A program made the position numbers and the translations under genes. The notes under the pieces were generated by a model that was not told where the DNA came from, did no database searches, and was given only the letters and a program-made list of their open reading frames with translations. Below are positions 26,898 to 40,518 of a stretch of 64,000 bases of DNA, in pieces; position 1 is the stretch's first letter; each line of letters opens with the position of its first letter. The stretch comes from Bigelowiella natans CCMP2755 (lineage: Eukaryota > Protista > Cercozoa). The DNA is taken from the NCBI GenBank assembly GCA_000320545.1, contig ADNK01002379.1, positions 1-64,000 of the forward strand, written 5' to 3'.

Positions 26898-28154
26898 ACA
26901 CGCGCGCGCGCGCGCATTAACATATATGCATACCTATATAATTACAAGTTGATCAGAATCTTCTATTATTGGGTTGGATATTCGTGCGCGGAAAAGGCGC
27001 GGTATGTGTATTTGTATGCGTATGTGTATACGTGTTTGTGTTTGTGTTTGTGTTTGTGTTTGTGTTTGTGTTGTGTGTGTGTGTGTGTGTGTGTGTGTAC
27101 GTGCGCCATCACACATGTATTTTCTCGATCCAATTATTAGGACCATCTTTGAGGTATATGCAATATCTACCACTTGCTCCAGCCTCTTCCTCTTCAGCTT
27201 CGTTTTTAGCAACTTCTCTTGTAGCGGCATTTTACCTAAAAAAGGATGCACGATCGAAAGATGCAATGCACGCACTCACCCATCTGCACACCCTGTTCTC
27301 CCTCTCGCACCCATCGATTTCGATGTCACAAATACGTGGGTATCGTGCACGTGTGCGCACGCGGCGCGTCACAACTTCAATTCGCGGCATCGGCAAGCAC
27401 GGAGGCACACCTGCCCGCCATTCTTCTTCCGTCCACCAAAACCAATCCGGCCGCGTTAATTCCTGGAAATCAATGTTGATCGACACCATGACTACAACGA
27501 CGCGCGCGTTGCTGGCACGCGCGTGTGCACGTGTAAATCTAGACATATTCTAGAGGCAAGCGCTGCTCTACCTCATGCTCTTGCTGCCATCCAGGAAATG
27601 TGTCAGGGATCTTTTTGGTCCGCACGTATCCTTCGCACGTCCACTGCAGTAACACGTGAGGGGGAGGGGGGCAAGATTGCTAGTTAGGAGAGGGCTCGGG
27701 GAGGCGAAGATTGCTTTCGCGCGTGCATACGTGCGCCTTCGTATGTCTGCGTGCGAGTCCACGTGTTGATGGTATGGATGGTTTCAAGTTGGAGCAGTGC
27801 TTCTATTTCTTGGAATAGCTTGCGAATTGACGGACCCTCGATCGATCCAACGTGAGCTCTTCAAACGCACCGAATCCCTGGGAGGGGGGGGGGGGAAAGG
27901 GTGCATAACATTTTAAATTCTAGCCATCGTGAGCACACTCAAATCTTATTCACTGAAACATCATTGTGTTACTACCACCACCACTACTCCTAATACTACT
28001 ACCACTACTACTACTACTACTACCACAACTTCTACTTGTACGATAACTATTGTTATTGTTACTACCTCCGTGTCGTTCAGGTAGCGTGCATTGTCACTTA
28101 GCACGAATGTCATGTTAGTTATTACACACGTATCTCTCTCCCTCTCTCTCTCTC

Positions 28155-28191
<37 letters not shown>

Positions 28192-28682
28192 TATGTATTC
28201 GTCGGCATATACTGCTCATAGGCAGACAGGCACACGCGCATACGCGCGCTCGTGCTACTTGCCATCGTAATCATTATGTAGTATTCGCAAGTCGCCACCA
28301 TTGCATATCATTACTTATCCCACACGGCCAAGTTGCCGAACTTCTCGTCGCTGTACACAAACTGCAAGCCCTTCTTGTAGAGCGCGCCTAAGCAGTACCA
28401 ACACCACCACCAGCAGCGGTAGTAGCAGCAGCAGCCCCACGGACAATGATGATGATGATGGTGTTGATGATGATGGTGATGATAGTGGTGGCGATGGTGA
28501 GGAAGGATAAAGCAGGATGTCACCAAAAATAGAATTAAAAATTATTATCGAGGAGGGAGAGGAGGGCTGGGTTGTTGCCATACGTACCATCTCCCTCATC
28601 TGGGAGTTTAAAGTTTAATAATTCGAGCTCTCTTTTGCTGTGAGTTTGTACAACAACAACAACAATAAGAAGCACATAATCA

Positions 28683-28722
<40 letters not shown>

Positions 28723-29407
28723 AAAAAAAATACAAACACGCGCAGAACGCGCATCATTTCCATGCATATATACACGTGGAATTAAACGTTTGCTTCTTTA
28801 GATGGCATTTTCAAAGGACGATCAATATCTCAGCACAGCGCCTACCTGGCGAACGTTTTGTTTATGTCGATATCGTCAAGACTAGGGGGGGGGGGGGGGG
28901 TGCCGAGCTTCCGATTTCCCCGCCATTGATAGCGATTAACTAAGAAAACGTGGTGGCGCAGTAATTAATGGTAGATGCTGCTGCTGATGATGATGATGAC
29001 AATGACGGCGTAGATCAAGGATACTGAGAAGACTAATGGCAGCATAGAAATCGTACTCATAAGACATATTTTAGCAGTCGATGAGCGGTGTAAGACTCAA
29101 TTGTGATGAATGCCCTCAGCAGCGCAGCACAAATGCACAAAGAAACCACCAAGCAACCAAAGAAATGACACCCCCTCTACCACTGCGACGTTTACTACGA
29201 CTGCTACTGCTACTACTACTTCTACTACTACTACTACTACTACTACTTACCAATATCAGGTATCATGTATCGATCATCCTCCTCGTGCCTTTCTAGCGCC
29301 TCTCTCATATCTGCAATTGTGACTAAATTAGTGCTTCATATATATATGCATAGTCGTTCAGCATTTGATTGGACATATATACATACATATATACATACAC
29401 GCATACA

Positions 29408-29446
<39 letters not shown>

Positions 29447-30540
29447 ACCATCCCCTCATTTAATTTACATGATCCTTGCGGGAAAGCCTGTACAGACTCG
29501 TCATCGGGATATTTCGGTCTGGCATTGCATGTAGCCAACGAAGGCAGGTCAATTTAACGAGAAAACCATGGCGAATACCCAATATATCATTCAATGGACA
29601 CACACCACAAAGAGAAAGAGAGAGAGGGAGATAGAGAGAGAGAATATATAATAATACCCTCGAACCCACGATAGACTCATATTTCGCTTATAGGAGCTTT
29701 CCGGTCTTCCGCGCCGTACTGTAAGCATACCAAGAATCATTGAGTATTAATTAAATAAATAAATACATAAATGACACTGAACAGGCAAACGCGCAGTTGC
29801 GTCGATCATGGATAGACAACGGAAAGCACTTGTTCATTCTACGCAACAGCACCAAGTTTGCCCTTCTCAGAAAGCTTCCCTCCTCCCCATATTGGCTTTT
29901 TCCTCGAAGGCCCAGTTGTGTTGGCTTGCAGTTCCTTGAACCATCCAGCACTCCAGAGCTGCCGCATCTTTCGCCATAGCGGGTCGTCGTACATGTTGTG
30001 CGCGCGTGCCCGGACATTTGACTCTTGATCCACATCCATGTCAGCTACAGAGCGAATGTCACAGAGGCTGTCGTCACTGCGCGTGTGTGGCATCCCTGAA
30101 GTAATGGTAGATGGATTTTTGGGTTGAAAATTGCAAGGCATGGACGAACAGCGTGCAGTAGTTTGTTCTTTGCGAACATATTCGCTGGCATGCAGGAGAT
30201 TCGGCAACCTAAGAGACCGTGGGAGGATGGGCGAGAAGGCCAAAGGGACACGGTGAATAGTCCGCACAACGCGCATAACCGGAAACAGCATCTCAGCGCG
30301 TCGCTCCTTGAACCTTTGGATTTAGTCGCAGATGCGTTTACCGACCCGATGGATGAATACACAAACGTTTTACCATTAAATATGAAGCCTCGCACGGTCT
30401 CTGGATGCTCCCCCCCGAAGCGTTGAAATCGAGCGGGAGTGGGATCGAGAAAGGGCAGGGTTGTGATGGGCAGCGAGGAGGGGGACGGGAACCCTGATGT
30501 TTCCGAAGAGCCGTGTCCGAGCCGATTCAGGTTTGTCAAA
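24193..30540 (-). CDS. Multi-exon gene (or two genes) of unknown function; N-terminal hydrophobic segment
   Basis: A run of AG/GT-bounded open exons on the minus strand, e.g. TIADMREALERHEEDDRYMIPDI, ALYKKGLQFVYSDEKFGNLAVWDK, ELTRPDWFWWTEEEWRA, WNEGVAARHPFVYDMDLE, GQRVTVKQIDIFPLSGG, and a last exon ITETKLEN..MTIEQI* at 24193. No family recognised. Confidence 0.55.
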
Positions 30541-30800
30541 AAGGCGTCGGCAATCTATCTAAGAATTACAAATTCGAGTACCATGTTTCCATTCATTTCG
30601 GCGACAAGGCATTGACGTTGTCTCTCAGGCTACAAACTCGTCAATCACGAACTCAGGCAGCGACATGCGAAGATCATTTGCGACAAGGAATATAATCGAT
30701 CTTTGTCGCCAAAAGGAAGGCATTTCGCCTCTAATTCAACGACGATTGCCAGACATTCAAACCATTTGAATGGTGGACGTCACAGGCAGCATTGCCTTGT

Positions 30801-31715
30801 CTAGTTTTCTACGTCAAGCACTTGTTCGTTGGTTGCCTCCAAAAGGGGTGCACGATGACAATCGGAACAGCAGCAGTAACAAAACGATGAAACAATGACA
30901 ACACCATCACCTGTCACACTGCAGGAACCATCGCTTGTTGAGTTGCAAGACTCAGGCTGGCAGGCTGCACAGCACGACCAGCACGTGCCAACGTCAACAA
31001 CGACATGAACGTGCACCTTCAACGCTTCTGGCTTCTCGCCTTTGGGTTCAGCTTGTGTTCTGACAGCGTCTTCACCACGTCCAACTTGCCACTTCCAGCT
31101 GGCCAGGCGCCGATGTCGAGCGGGCAAGGCAGTGAAACCTCCTTCTCTGGTTCTGTCAAGTGCTCGTGCTCGTGCTCGTCCGCCAGTTCAAGCACATGCA
31201 CAAAGTGAAGACGACTCCAATTGTTGCTTCTCTCAGCCATGCCATCACGCCATCACGCGCGCGCGTCATCGATCATCAAGTTGGCATCATGCAATGATGC
31301 AATGATGAGCACTGATGCGATGAATTGAATGTTTCGCCTGGAGATTCTCATGTGCGAGTCACACGTGCAGCAACTTGCCTCACTTTTCCCGTGAGAACGC
31401 AAGTCTTCACGTTTCCACTTCGCACGTGTGTGCTGGTGCACACGTGAGACGAAGTGCAGGTTGTCACCAGTGCAAGGTGTTCTGCAAGGTGTTTTCTCCA
31501 ATCCATACAGATCTAGAGATGCACGCTGGATGCTGCACAGCTGCACAAATCCCAAAATGAATTGCACACACAGAACAATGATTTTACTTTCTGACGTTTC
31601 GCCGACGGCAAGTAAATCAAATGCGATTGCTCAATTGACACCTTTTCACGTGCAACTGGGTCGAAAACAGAATTTTTGGTGCCATGGGACTAGCTACCTA
31701 GACTGTCCTGGCTAG
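30801..31715. pseudogene. Decayed, TpA-depleted coding-like sequence (dead gene or element)
   Basis: No TA dinucleotide between 30878 and 31506. Short ORFs are Cys/His-rich and nearly Tyr-free (KVHVHVVVDVGTCWSCC.., HFVHVLELADEHEHEH). Confidence 0.5.
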
Positions 31716-31844
31716 CTGGGCACTGTGTACAATTAAATGGTGCAGAAAATACAGTTTCATGATGTTGCAAAATTTTCACAGTGTTCACTAAACATGCACT
31801 ACCCGACTGACGTGTTGGCACAGTTCTCATGAGTTGTCTTCACA

Positions 31845-32842
31845 CTAGTCCTTTTTGAATTGAAGGATGTCGAGCCTGACACGTTCTCTTTGTTTTCCAT
31901 TTCTGCCTTTCATCATTTTCACGCCAGTGATGATGACATCTACAACATCTCCGATGGAAATAATTTCGTGTATGCCCATGTCTTCATTAGAAATCGAAAC
32001 ATTTTTTTCGGCCCACTTACGAATGACCCACGCAGGGATTAAGCCTGTGTAATTTTTTGTGGTTTTGTCACTGCTTTTGCATTCAAAGTCAACCAATGCT
32101 CCAAATTCTGCAACAAGTTTAATTGTAGCATCTTCAAAGATCATGCCACTCTTCAACTGGATGGTGTTATTTCGTCTTCTATTTCTTCTCTTTCTTCCTC
32201 GATGAACTTCCCATTCACCATTGTTGGTTTCTTGTTCCCTTTCATCAAGATCCTCCCTCTTGCTTCCTCCGTTTGTTGACTGATCAGCTTTTGAATCAAC
32301 TGGGATGGAAGATGGGACTGAGTCTTTCGATGAAGTCAATTCGATTGAAGTAGATTTATTTTGAGAAACGATGACTCCATTCTTTCGACCGATACTATTT
32401 TTGGCCTCTTGTGCGGTTAGAATAGCTGCAGTGACATGAATAATTTCTTCCTCCTCGCCTCGGTGTTCCCTAAGACTGTCCTTTTCGTTTTCCCCACATT
32501 CAAAATTCAGTACCGAATCGTGAGTCACAAAGGTAGACGGTGTGTCCCAAGTTGTCTCCCCGGTGTGGGGATTGTAAAAATATGCAACACAGGAGTTTGG
32601 ATCAATGTACCTGCAAAAAGACTTTGATCAGATGTTTTGTGCAGTTGACAATCTGAGCATGGTGATTTGTAGTTGCAACTGTGAACAGGTAAACCAAGTT
32701 GGTCACACTTTATCCATTCCGTCTCCAGTACATCGCGAGCCGAAACCTTAGCCGCATCTCTCTTTTTGATTTTTACCAACAGGTAGAGGCTGCCCTCGTC
32801 ATCAGAGCAGACAGTCGCCATCGTGTCAATCTTTGTGCACAT
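31845..32842 (-). CDS. WW-domain + S1/OB-fold RNA-binding protein, ~299 aa, 2 exons
   Basis: A 98-nt GT-AG intron (32611-32708) joins EWIK to YIDPNSCVAYFYNPHTGETTWDTP (WW domain). The C-terminus LKSGMIFEDATIKLVAEFGALVDF..TGLIP..ISIGDVVDVIITGV..RVRLDI is an S1 domain. Exon lengths 134+766 nt keep frame. Confidence 0.85.
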
Positions 32843-33012
32843 TCCACGAACTAGACTGCGTTGGTTTTGGGTCTACGCCTTGAATATTGTCATGACGCAA
32901 CATTAAGAACGACGCAGATTCATGAAAACCCTGATGCATTCAAGCAATTTGGGAGATGATCCCCATGGGCATTTGCTTTTTTATCTTCTCTGTCGATGAT
33001 TCGCATGTCGCG

Positions 33013-36000
33013 ATGGTGAAATATAGGGTGAAATGCGCTTCATGTGCAATTGCCTCATTGCTTCTATCTTATCTTCAGAGATTTTTGACAATCCCCTCCC
33101 CTATGCGTCCCCAGCTGGGCCCAGGCGTCTCCTACAGAGAGGCGTAATGCGCCAAAAAACCTTGAACTTTCACACGTGAACGTAGATGAAGACTTAGAGA
33201 TTAGAGATCGCACACATAATGCGGGCGCACACATGCACAATGACACATGGGTAAAAAATTAGAACAATTGACACATTCTTGCCCCGATCGATTCAATCAG
33301 TAAACTCTTTATTTTGTAAGCCATTAACTGTAATTTCGATGAGTGGCGATACGTGCTATGCTACCTTATATGTATTGATTTTTCGCAGTGACAGACCAAC
33401 CTCGTCGAAGGCAAGAAATAATCTTGATGTTCCATTGCTGCCAGAAGAGAAACAAAGTGTAAAACCTAACAGTCCTGAAGGATTTGAAATGGATGTAAGG
33501 TCCGCTTCAACCGGCAAGGAGGTTTCTGCTTATTCAAATTCTCCTCTAATAATACATGGTTGAATTATATTGGCTTATGATACGGTACAAAAGCCGATGA
33601 GCCTCCCAGAATACATGACTTTAAACCTGGAAGACGACATACACACTACGGTGATGCTCTTCAGCAAATTTTGAACGAAATCTCTAGGCAACTATTTGAC
33701 TAGGTTATGAGTCATTTATTTTGCAAAGGACATAAAACCACCATACGGAGATAGTTGGGACGATGTGTCTATTGAGGGTAATAGGATGAATTACATCATC
33801 GATTGGAATAAATAGAGAATGTTTCTATAGATCGGTGCCAAATAGCAGCTGTGCTCATAGACGATGGGATTCACAGCAGAGATATCCACCATTCTTGCGA
33901 TCTTAAATCGATTCAGGTAAGTATACACAATTTTGGTCTAATTCTCAGCAATGCTTTGAACAAATTTCAATCATTTGTCCATAGATGTATAGAATAACAA
34001 ATCATCGTTGGTGGCGCCGAAGCATTGTGATGGTGGCATTAGTCAATCTTTGCCTAGCTTTCTTCGAAGGCCCTTGTGTGAACACGCCTTGCGCCCCGAA
34101 TTCGCTTTTGCTAACTATTGAATCCGTGTGCCTATTGGTCTACACGATTGATACAACAATTGAAATATGTGCGCGGGGCTCAAATCACTTCTTTAAATCT
34201 GGATGGAATAAAGCCAAAGTAGTCTCAAAGGAAATTTTATTTAACCGATTTTTGGAACTCGATGTCAAGATAATTAAATCACAAACAGATTCCTTTTATT
34301 CTTTTCTCATGGATATGGATTTTTGTGCCTCATTCTCTACGAATTCAAAGGTATTGAGTACTTGATGCCGTCAATGTACACCATTAATTTTTATTGCTCT
34401 ATATTTTCTAGGATGATAAGACCATTCTTCATGCTAGCCTATGCTCATAACCTACGTATGGTCATGAATAGCATGTTTAAGGTGAGCATACTTATATAGA
34501 ATGCAATCCATTATTTTGTCATGTAATATCGGAATGAATGAATAATACTGAATCAACATCAGGGAATGGCAGCAGTGACCTATATTGGAACTTTACTTCT
34601 GTTTCACCTCATAATATTTGCCATAATTGGCACGAAGGTTACTCAGCTTTAATGCTTTAATATATTAAGCAGTAACAAGTGTGATCCATTCTCCAATTAA
34701 GATTCTCATTATTTCCAGTTCTTTGCGAAAGTCTCTCCGACTGAATTTGGCACTTTTTACCGGTCCTGTATTAGCTTATTTACCCTACTGACCACGGTAA
34801 TCGCTCCAAAGGTTGATATTATCAAGCCTTTGTAGTAACTAGTAAAAATTTGATTCAGGCAAACTACCCAAATGTGATGCTGAATGCAATGGATTCTTCG
34901 CTTTTTAATGTTATTTTCTTCATCGTGTTTCTGGTAAAGTCTAGATTCTCATGATGTCCTCTGGTTAGACATTTGTCATTCATACAAAAGGTGGTTGGTT
35001 TGTTCATTTTCTTAAATCTGGCTCTGGCTACAGTATTCAACTCTTACAAGGAACGAATTGAACACGACCTTCTGGTAAATCAGTCTCATTTTTTCGCTCT
35101 AATATTCGAGTTAATATGAATCTGGTTGTAATCAGGTGCATAAAAACCGAGCGAAAATAGCGTTTCAGGCAGCCTTTAAATTGTGCGATCCAGAAGGAAC
35201 AGGCGCAGTTGAAAAGCAGATCTTTGTTCTTGTTTTCAAATATCTTAGACCAAGTGAGATGAACATATATTTAAAGTTTAGTATATGAATAACGAAAGAT
35301 GCAAAACGGTAGATCTGTCAGAAGAAGAATTGGAAGCACTCTTCAGCATCGCAGACATGTATGGTCTAGTTCCAAACAATAAACGAGAATTTCGAAGCTT
35401 AGTTGCTGTTGGGTAGGGATAGAACAAACAAGATCGAGCATGAAAACTTCGGTGTCGTTGTGGTTCTTTACAACATCATTTTTACGGTAAGCCGCTATAT
35501 TCCTATCGACAAGCTGCATTATTTGGCATTGATTCGACATCAATCATTACAGAAAAAAAGGTTTCGTATCGAAGCTCGCAGAGAAAATAAATGGTGGTAG
35601 GTCTTCTGAAGGAATCATTTTCAATGTTAACGAAAATAAATCAAATGCGATAGGTATTTGAGATGGTTGCAGCTTCAAGACCAGTTGCGGTAATAGCATT
35701 CCTGGCACAATATTCGGTCATTAAAGGATCTACCTGCATAGGATGATATTGACCTTCAAGCTTCCGTTTACAAATCTTTTAGCTGCGGAAACATTCATCG
35801 ATGTTAGTGTCGTCATTAACTTGGTAACTGATATAAAAAGGCAACTCTTTATTTTTAAAGAAAACATTTATTCTATACCCATTAGTATTCAGCCATTAAT
35901 TTGTTTGTTTAGATTTTGTTGATAGCTACCGATTACGTTGACAGGTATATTTCTTTAATAAAACTTATGGTATGCATCAATTTAATTAAACAAATACTAT

Positions 36001-37629
36001 CAGAAATTATAGAGAAAATATCTACGTTTTCTTGAACACAATTCTCGTAATACACAGTCTCGAAATGGTATTCGCTGCACTTTGGTATATATTATTATCA
36101 ATCGCATCTAATTCATTTTGCTTTACAGAGTGCTGTCCTTCTAACGAATTACAAGAAGTTTTTCTACGAGCTTTTTAATGTATTGGACTTGATTGTTCTT
36201 ATCGGTATTTGGAAAAAAGTAGGCAAGATAAGGGTGCAGGATTAATTAATTATTTGAAACACACTATAGTCGCGTTGCTAGAGTGGATAATCGAAGGACA
36301 GGGAGGAGATTTAGTAGCCCTCAGATCGGTAACAATACACCATTCTAGGAAGATATCAATTTACACATCATGCCGTATGCTGTATAATATGGATCCGTCT
36401 GTTACGCTTACTTCGGCACAACGAAGGGTTTGACCTACTGTTTCAAGCAATGGTGAGATCTGCACCAGTACTAATGGCGTTATTCTGCGTACTTCTTCAA
36501 ATTATGTAATTCAGTAGTGAACTGACTGCAGATTATTTTGTAGTAAGAAAGTTATCTTTCTCTACAGGTATTTTTTTGCGGTTGTTGGAATGGATCTATT
36601 GCAAGGTGGAAATATTCGCTACTAGTGCTCACTAGTTTGTGGTAAATAATAGAATGTACCCAGGAAAATTAACCCGAGAAAATGTACCTCAAGACTTGGA
36701 CTATCATACCCAGAATTATTACGGTTTTACTGCTAAATTACAAGTTAGAGGCGAGTGTCTTATCGTTCCTATTTTGCAGGACTTAACTATGACTCTCTAG
36801 TAAATGGACTCATTGTGCAATTTAATTTACTCGGTTGAATATGTTAATATATTTTATGGCTTTTTTTCTTATGTTAATTTCATTCCAATACTGCAGTGGT
36901 CAATAACTGGTTCATTGTCGCTGATGCTGCGTGTCGTGTTACGAACGAGGGGATGAGAGCCTTTTTCATAATCTTTTATATAGTCGGTAAGTACCAAAAT
37001 ACTTCGACTTAATCATTGGATGAACTATAGTTCTCAGGAGTGTTGGTTGCTTTGAACGTCATCACGGCCTTTGTTCTCGATACAGTAATGTTTATGCGAA
37101 ATTATCCAAATAAGAAGGTTAAATGCGTATTATTTGTCATTCAATGATTATTTTAACTGATTGAAATTATGGATCACCTTTCAAGGGGCAACATGAAATG
37201 TTGATTCAGAGGGTAAATTTTTGAATATGTTTTTGGTTATACTTTGACTATTCATCCAACATGTTTTCCAAAAAATTGATAAAGGTTGAGAAGATTTGTG
37301 AAGATATTGCCAAACTTGATGGTTATAACATTAAAGTGCGACGGCAACAAGGCATGGTGAGTATTTATGACGCTATTGTTCCGATACTGGGAGAAGATAT
37401 TTAAATTCGTAACTTGAGGATTTAGTTTTGGGAGAAATGTCAAGTGATTCAAGGTATGCGATACTTCGACATTTAGTAGTAGTAGTAGCACTGTTAAGTA
37501 ATGAAGCGGGATGTACGTAGGAAACAGGATTTACATGTCCTTGAGGGATCTACAGCGCTTAAGAGTTGTTTTAAGTCTATAGACCAGAGAAAAACAAACT
37601 CAGTGCGTGTCAGGGAAAGCTCAGAGTAA
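33013..37629 (+). CDS. TPC: Two-pore channel (TPC) with EF-hand-like linker; many short introns
   Basis: Two 6-TM repeats: LCLAFFEGP; pore I FGTFYRSCISLFTLLTT|ANYPNVM and FLNLALATVFNSYKE; linker AAFKLCDPEGTGAVEK; pore II FNLL|VVNNWFIV and LNVITAFVLD. Stop TAA at 37627-37629. Start codon tentative. Confidence 0.92.
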
Positions 37630-38329
37630 AGCTGTACTTTAATTTGAACATCTTCAATATTCACACGAAAGATTACATAAAATTAAATGAAATTGGAAAC
37701 TATATAACGTTACTGTGTAGGACTTTGCCAATGCCACACGAAGATCAAAAAGACTGGAATAGGTAGTTGATTGCACCGCTAGTCTCCATTAGAAATTATT
37801 TACAGCTTCCTTAGGGTCTTTTATGTGTAATTTTAGATCGCGCAGAACAACTCTGATGAAACTTGCAAAAATGTACAGAGGATCGACATCCAATAGTTAC
37901 TGTGTGATCTCGTCCACACCAAAATCAAATGGTGTTTCACCACAGACGGAATCAAAACACAGTTAATGTGATGCGTGTTGAATGATCGATGTACAAAAAA
38001 AAGAAAGTGTTAACATGTTCTAAAATTGCTTGTTGCGCTAGCTTGGCTACATCTGGGCATGACTAGACAAAGCGCGACGTGCCTGCAGATCAGCAGATCA
38101 GCATGAAGGCATACGAGTGCATTTTCATTCCGATCATCATGTGTGCCTATTGTGCATCAATAATTTTAAGTACTGCCCACATAGTGAAATGTTCATGTGC
38201 CACAAAACAAGACAAAACAAGCATTTCACAACCTTGTAGTAACTAAGCATGTTTTGATTAACTTCATTCTTCAATATCATCACTTTTCCATTGTCAACGT
38301 CTAGATCTAGAGATGTCTTTCACCTGCTG

Positions 38330-39201
38330 CTAGTGGATCAAGCAGCGAGAATCACATTCGCTGATGGAGTTGAATTCAACAAATCCACATGCACCTAATG
38401 ACATAGCATATTTTCTAACAATAAACGATGGGAAAAGTGTAGGCAGTGAACGATACTGCTCATCTGATGGGATATATGTGAAGAACAACATAGACTATGA
38501 TTCTCAGTATAAACTAAGCCAAAATGTTAAATGTCATCAGTTACTAATGTCTAACCTTCTCGTCCCATCTCGATAATATCTTCCCGTTGTTGGGATCTTT
38601 AATAGTTGTAACGGTGATAATGTGAAAAATACGGAAAGCACATCTAACGATATTCAAGTGATCAAGTACCTATCATAGCTACTAGCAAACCACGATGGCT
38701 TGTCGCGCACAACACTGCCCCCCCCTCCTTGCCGTGTCCAGAATTGTCCAGTGCCGTAAGACCCCATGGAGAGAATCTAAGGAAGAAATAGCTCGTTGAT
38801 ATTGAAGGTTGAAGGACGTGTTTGCTAAGCACGTGCGCAAGCATATCATGCTCGCATACCCTGTTGTCGTGTAAGTAAACACCTCGTAGCTTGTATCCAT
38901 CGACGAAGGTTTAAGGCCAACAATTCAAGGTAAGAGAAGGGGAGGAATGTGCACAGAAACAAAGCATCAAATCTTTCTCAGTGATCGTTTATTGGACGAT
39001 GACTTTTTCATCATTCGATACCCATATAGTCGTTAGTTAAAAGCGTATTGATTAATATATAAGCTACAAATTTGGACATGTATGGCGGAGAAAGCATCTC
39101 CTTCACGAAAATATACGATCGTTACTGCTGATTGTGAGATATTCGTTTATGAGCAGTTGGAAGTGACTTTCATTCTAATGCTAATGCTACTGCTACTATA
39201 C

Positions 39202-39232
<31 letters not shown>

Positions 39233-39378
39233 TCTGTTTCCCCAGCCTTTTCCAGTTTTTCAACACGTCACGCGTGGGAATCTTTACGATGCATCGTTGC
39301 GGGTTGTCTGCCATACGATCACATATTTTAGAATTGAGCTCATGCCCTTCTCCTCTCCCTCTCCTCCTCCTCTTCTTT

Positions 39379-39409
<31 letters not shown>

Positions 39410-40447
39410 AACTACTAGAACTACTGCCCTTCCTCCTCCTCCTATTGCTGCTCCAACAACCTGGAGATGCTGCAGTTTCACCGATAGCTGCTGCCATCTC
39501 TTTGGTGAGAAAGGAGGTGACAAACATGAAGTCTCCGATAAATGCTATGGCAGAAGGTCGGTTCAGGAGTGGGTAGATGTCATCAGCGGTTTTCTTATCG
39601 TCATCGTGGCCATCCCTCCTTGTTCCGGCAAGGCTTGAAACCCACACCAGCCCTGAGGAAAAGAGCGATTTGAGTCCGCAAAACGTCTCGCCTCTGCTAC
39701 ACGTGATGATGGAGTGAATGTGGCGAGAACACAGCGCGTCCAGCTCTTTTGTTTGCAGCACGGCAGAGGGCCACGCCGCGAAGGTCATCTATGCTTTTTG
39801 TCGGAAGATAAGGTTGCTACCTGTTGGATTTGGTGTCGGGATGCAATAGTTACCGTGTCGAGATTGCTCTTCATGCGCGGCGATGAATAAACGGCCCTGT
39901 GTTGTGCAATTGCCATCAATGTTATCAGAGATATGCTGCCTGCAAGAGCGCTAGAAGCGGCATACTGGAAGTAAGAGGGATTATGAGGCTAGGATTGATG
40001 ATCTTGTAATCACCCAACAACCCCCCCCCCCCCCCCCTATGAATCTCGTAGATATTTTACACCAAAAAACAACTTTCTACTAAAGGTCTTCTTGGCACTG
40101 AATGGCGAAAATCTGTCGCCGGCCTGCAGTAACTCGAAATGTGCACAATAGTGCGTATTTGCTTTATTTTTCATAAATGCATATTGAAGGTTTGTAGTTG
40201 TTACGTCATGCCCAATTATGTTCCACGGGGAAAGTATCTCAGGCAAAGACATCGCTGGTACGCGGCTTTTTGCCCACACGTGACCGCCATTGCCGTCGCC
40301 ACTCCGATCAAACCTCAGGATGTGACCCAAATAGGCACTGACAGCCAACACCGTGTGAGCAGCAATCATCATCATCGTCGTCGTGAATCATCCATCTTCA
40401 CAAATTCGTTGTACCATCGTCGTTGTGCGCATTAACATATTACTGTC

Positions 40448-40518
<71 letters not shown>

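Noticed and set aside
31170-31215. HFVHVLELAD as a mutated GIY-YIG motif (YFVYVLEL)
   Set aside because: The required downstream Y-[IV]-G and Arg motifs are absent even after back-conversion.
30878-31506. CpG methylation-deamination or classical RIP as the cause of the TG/CA excess
   Set aside because: CpG is retained and TpA is absent, whereas RIP would increase TpA.
32525-32610. Programmed frameshift or overlapping stop/start between ORFs 32525-32842 and 31845-32528
   Set aside because: Fully explained by a canonical GT-AG intron at 32611-32708.
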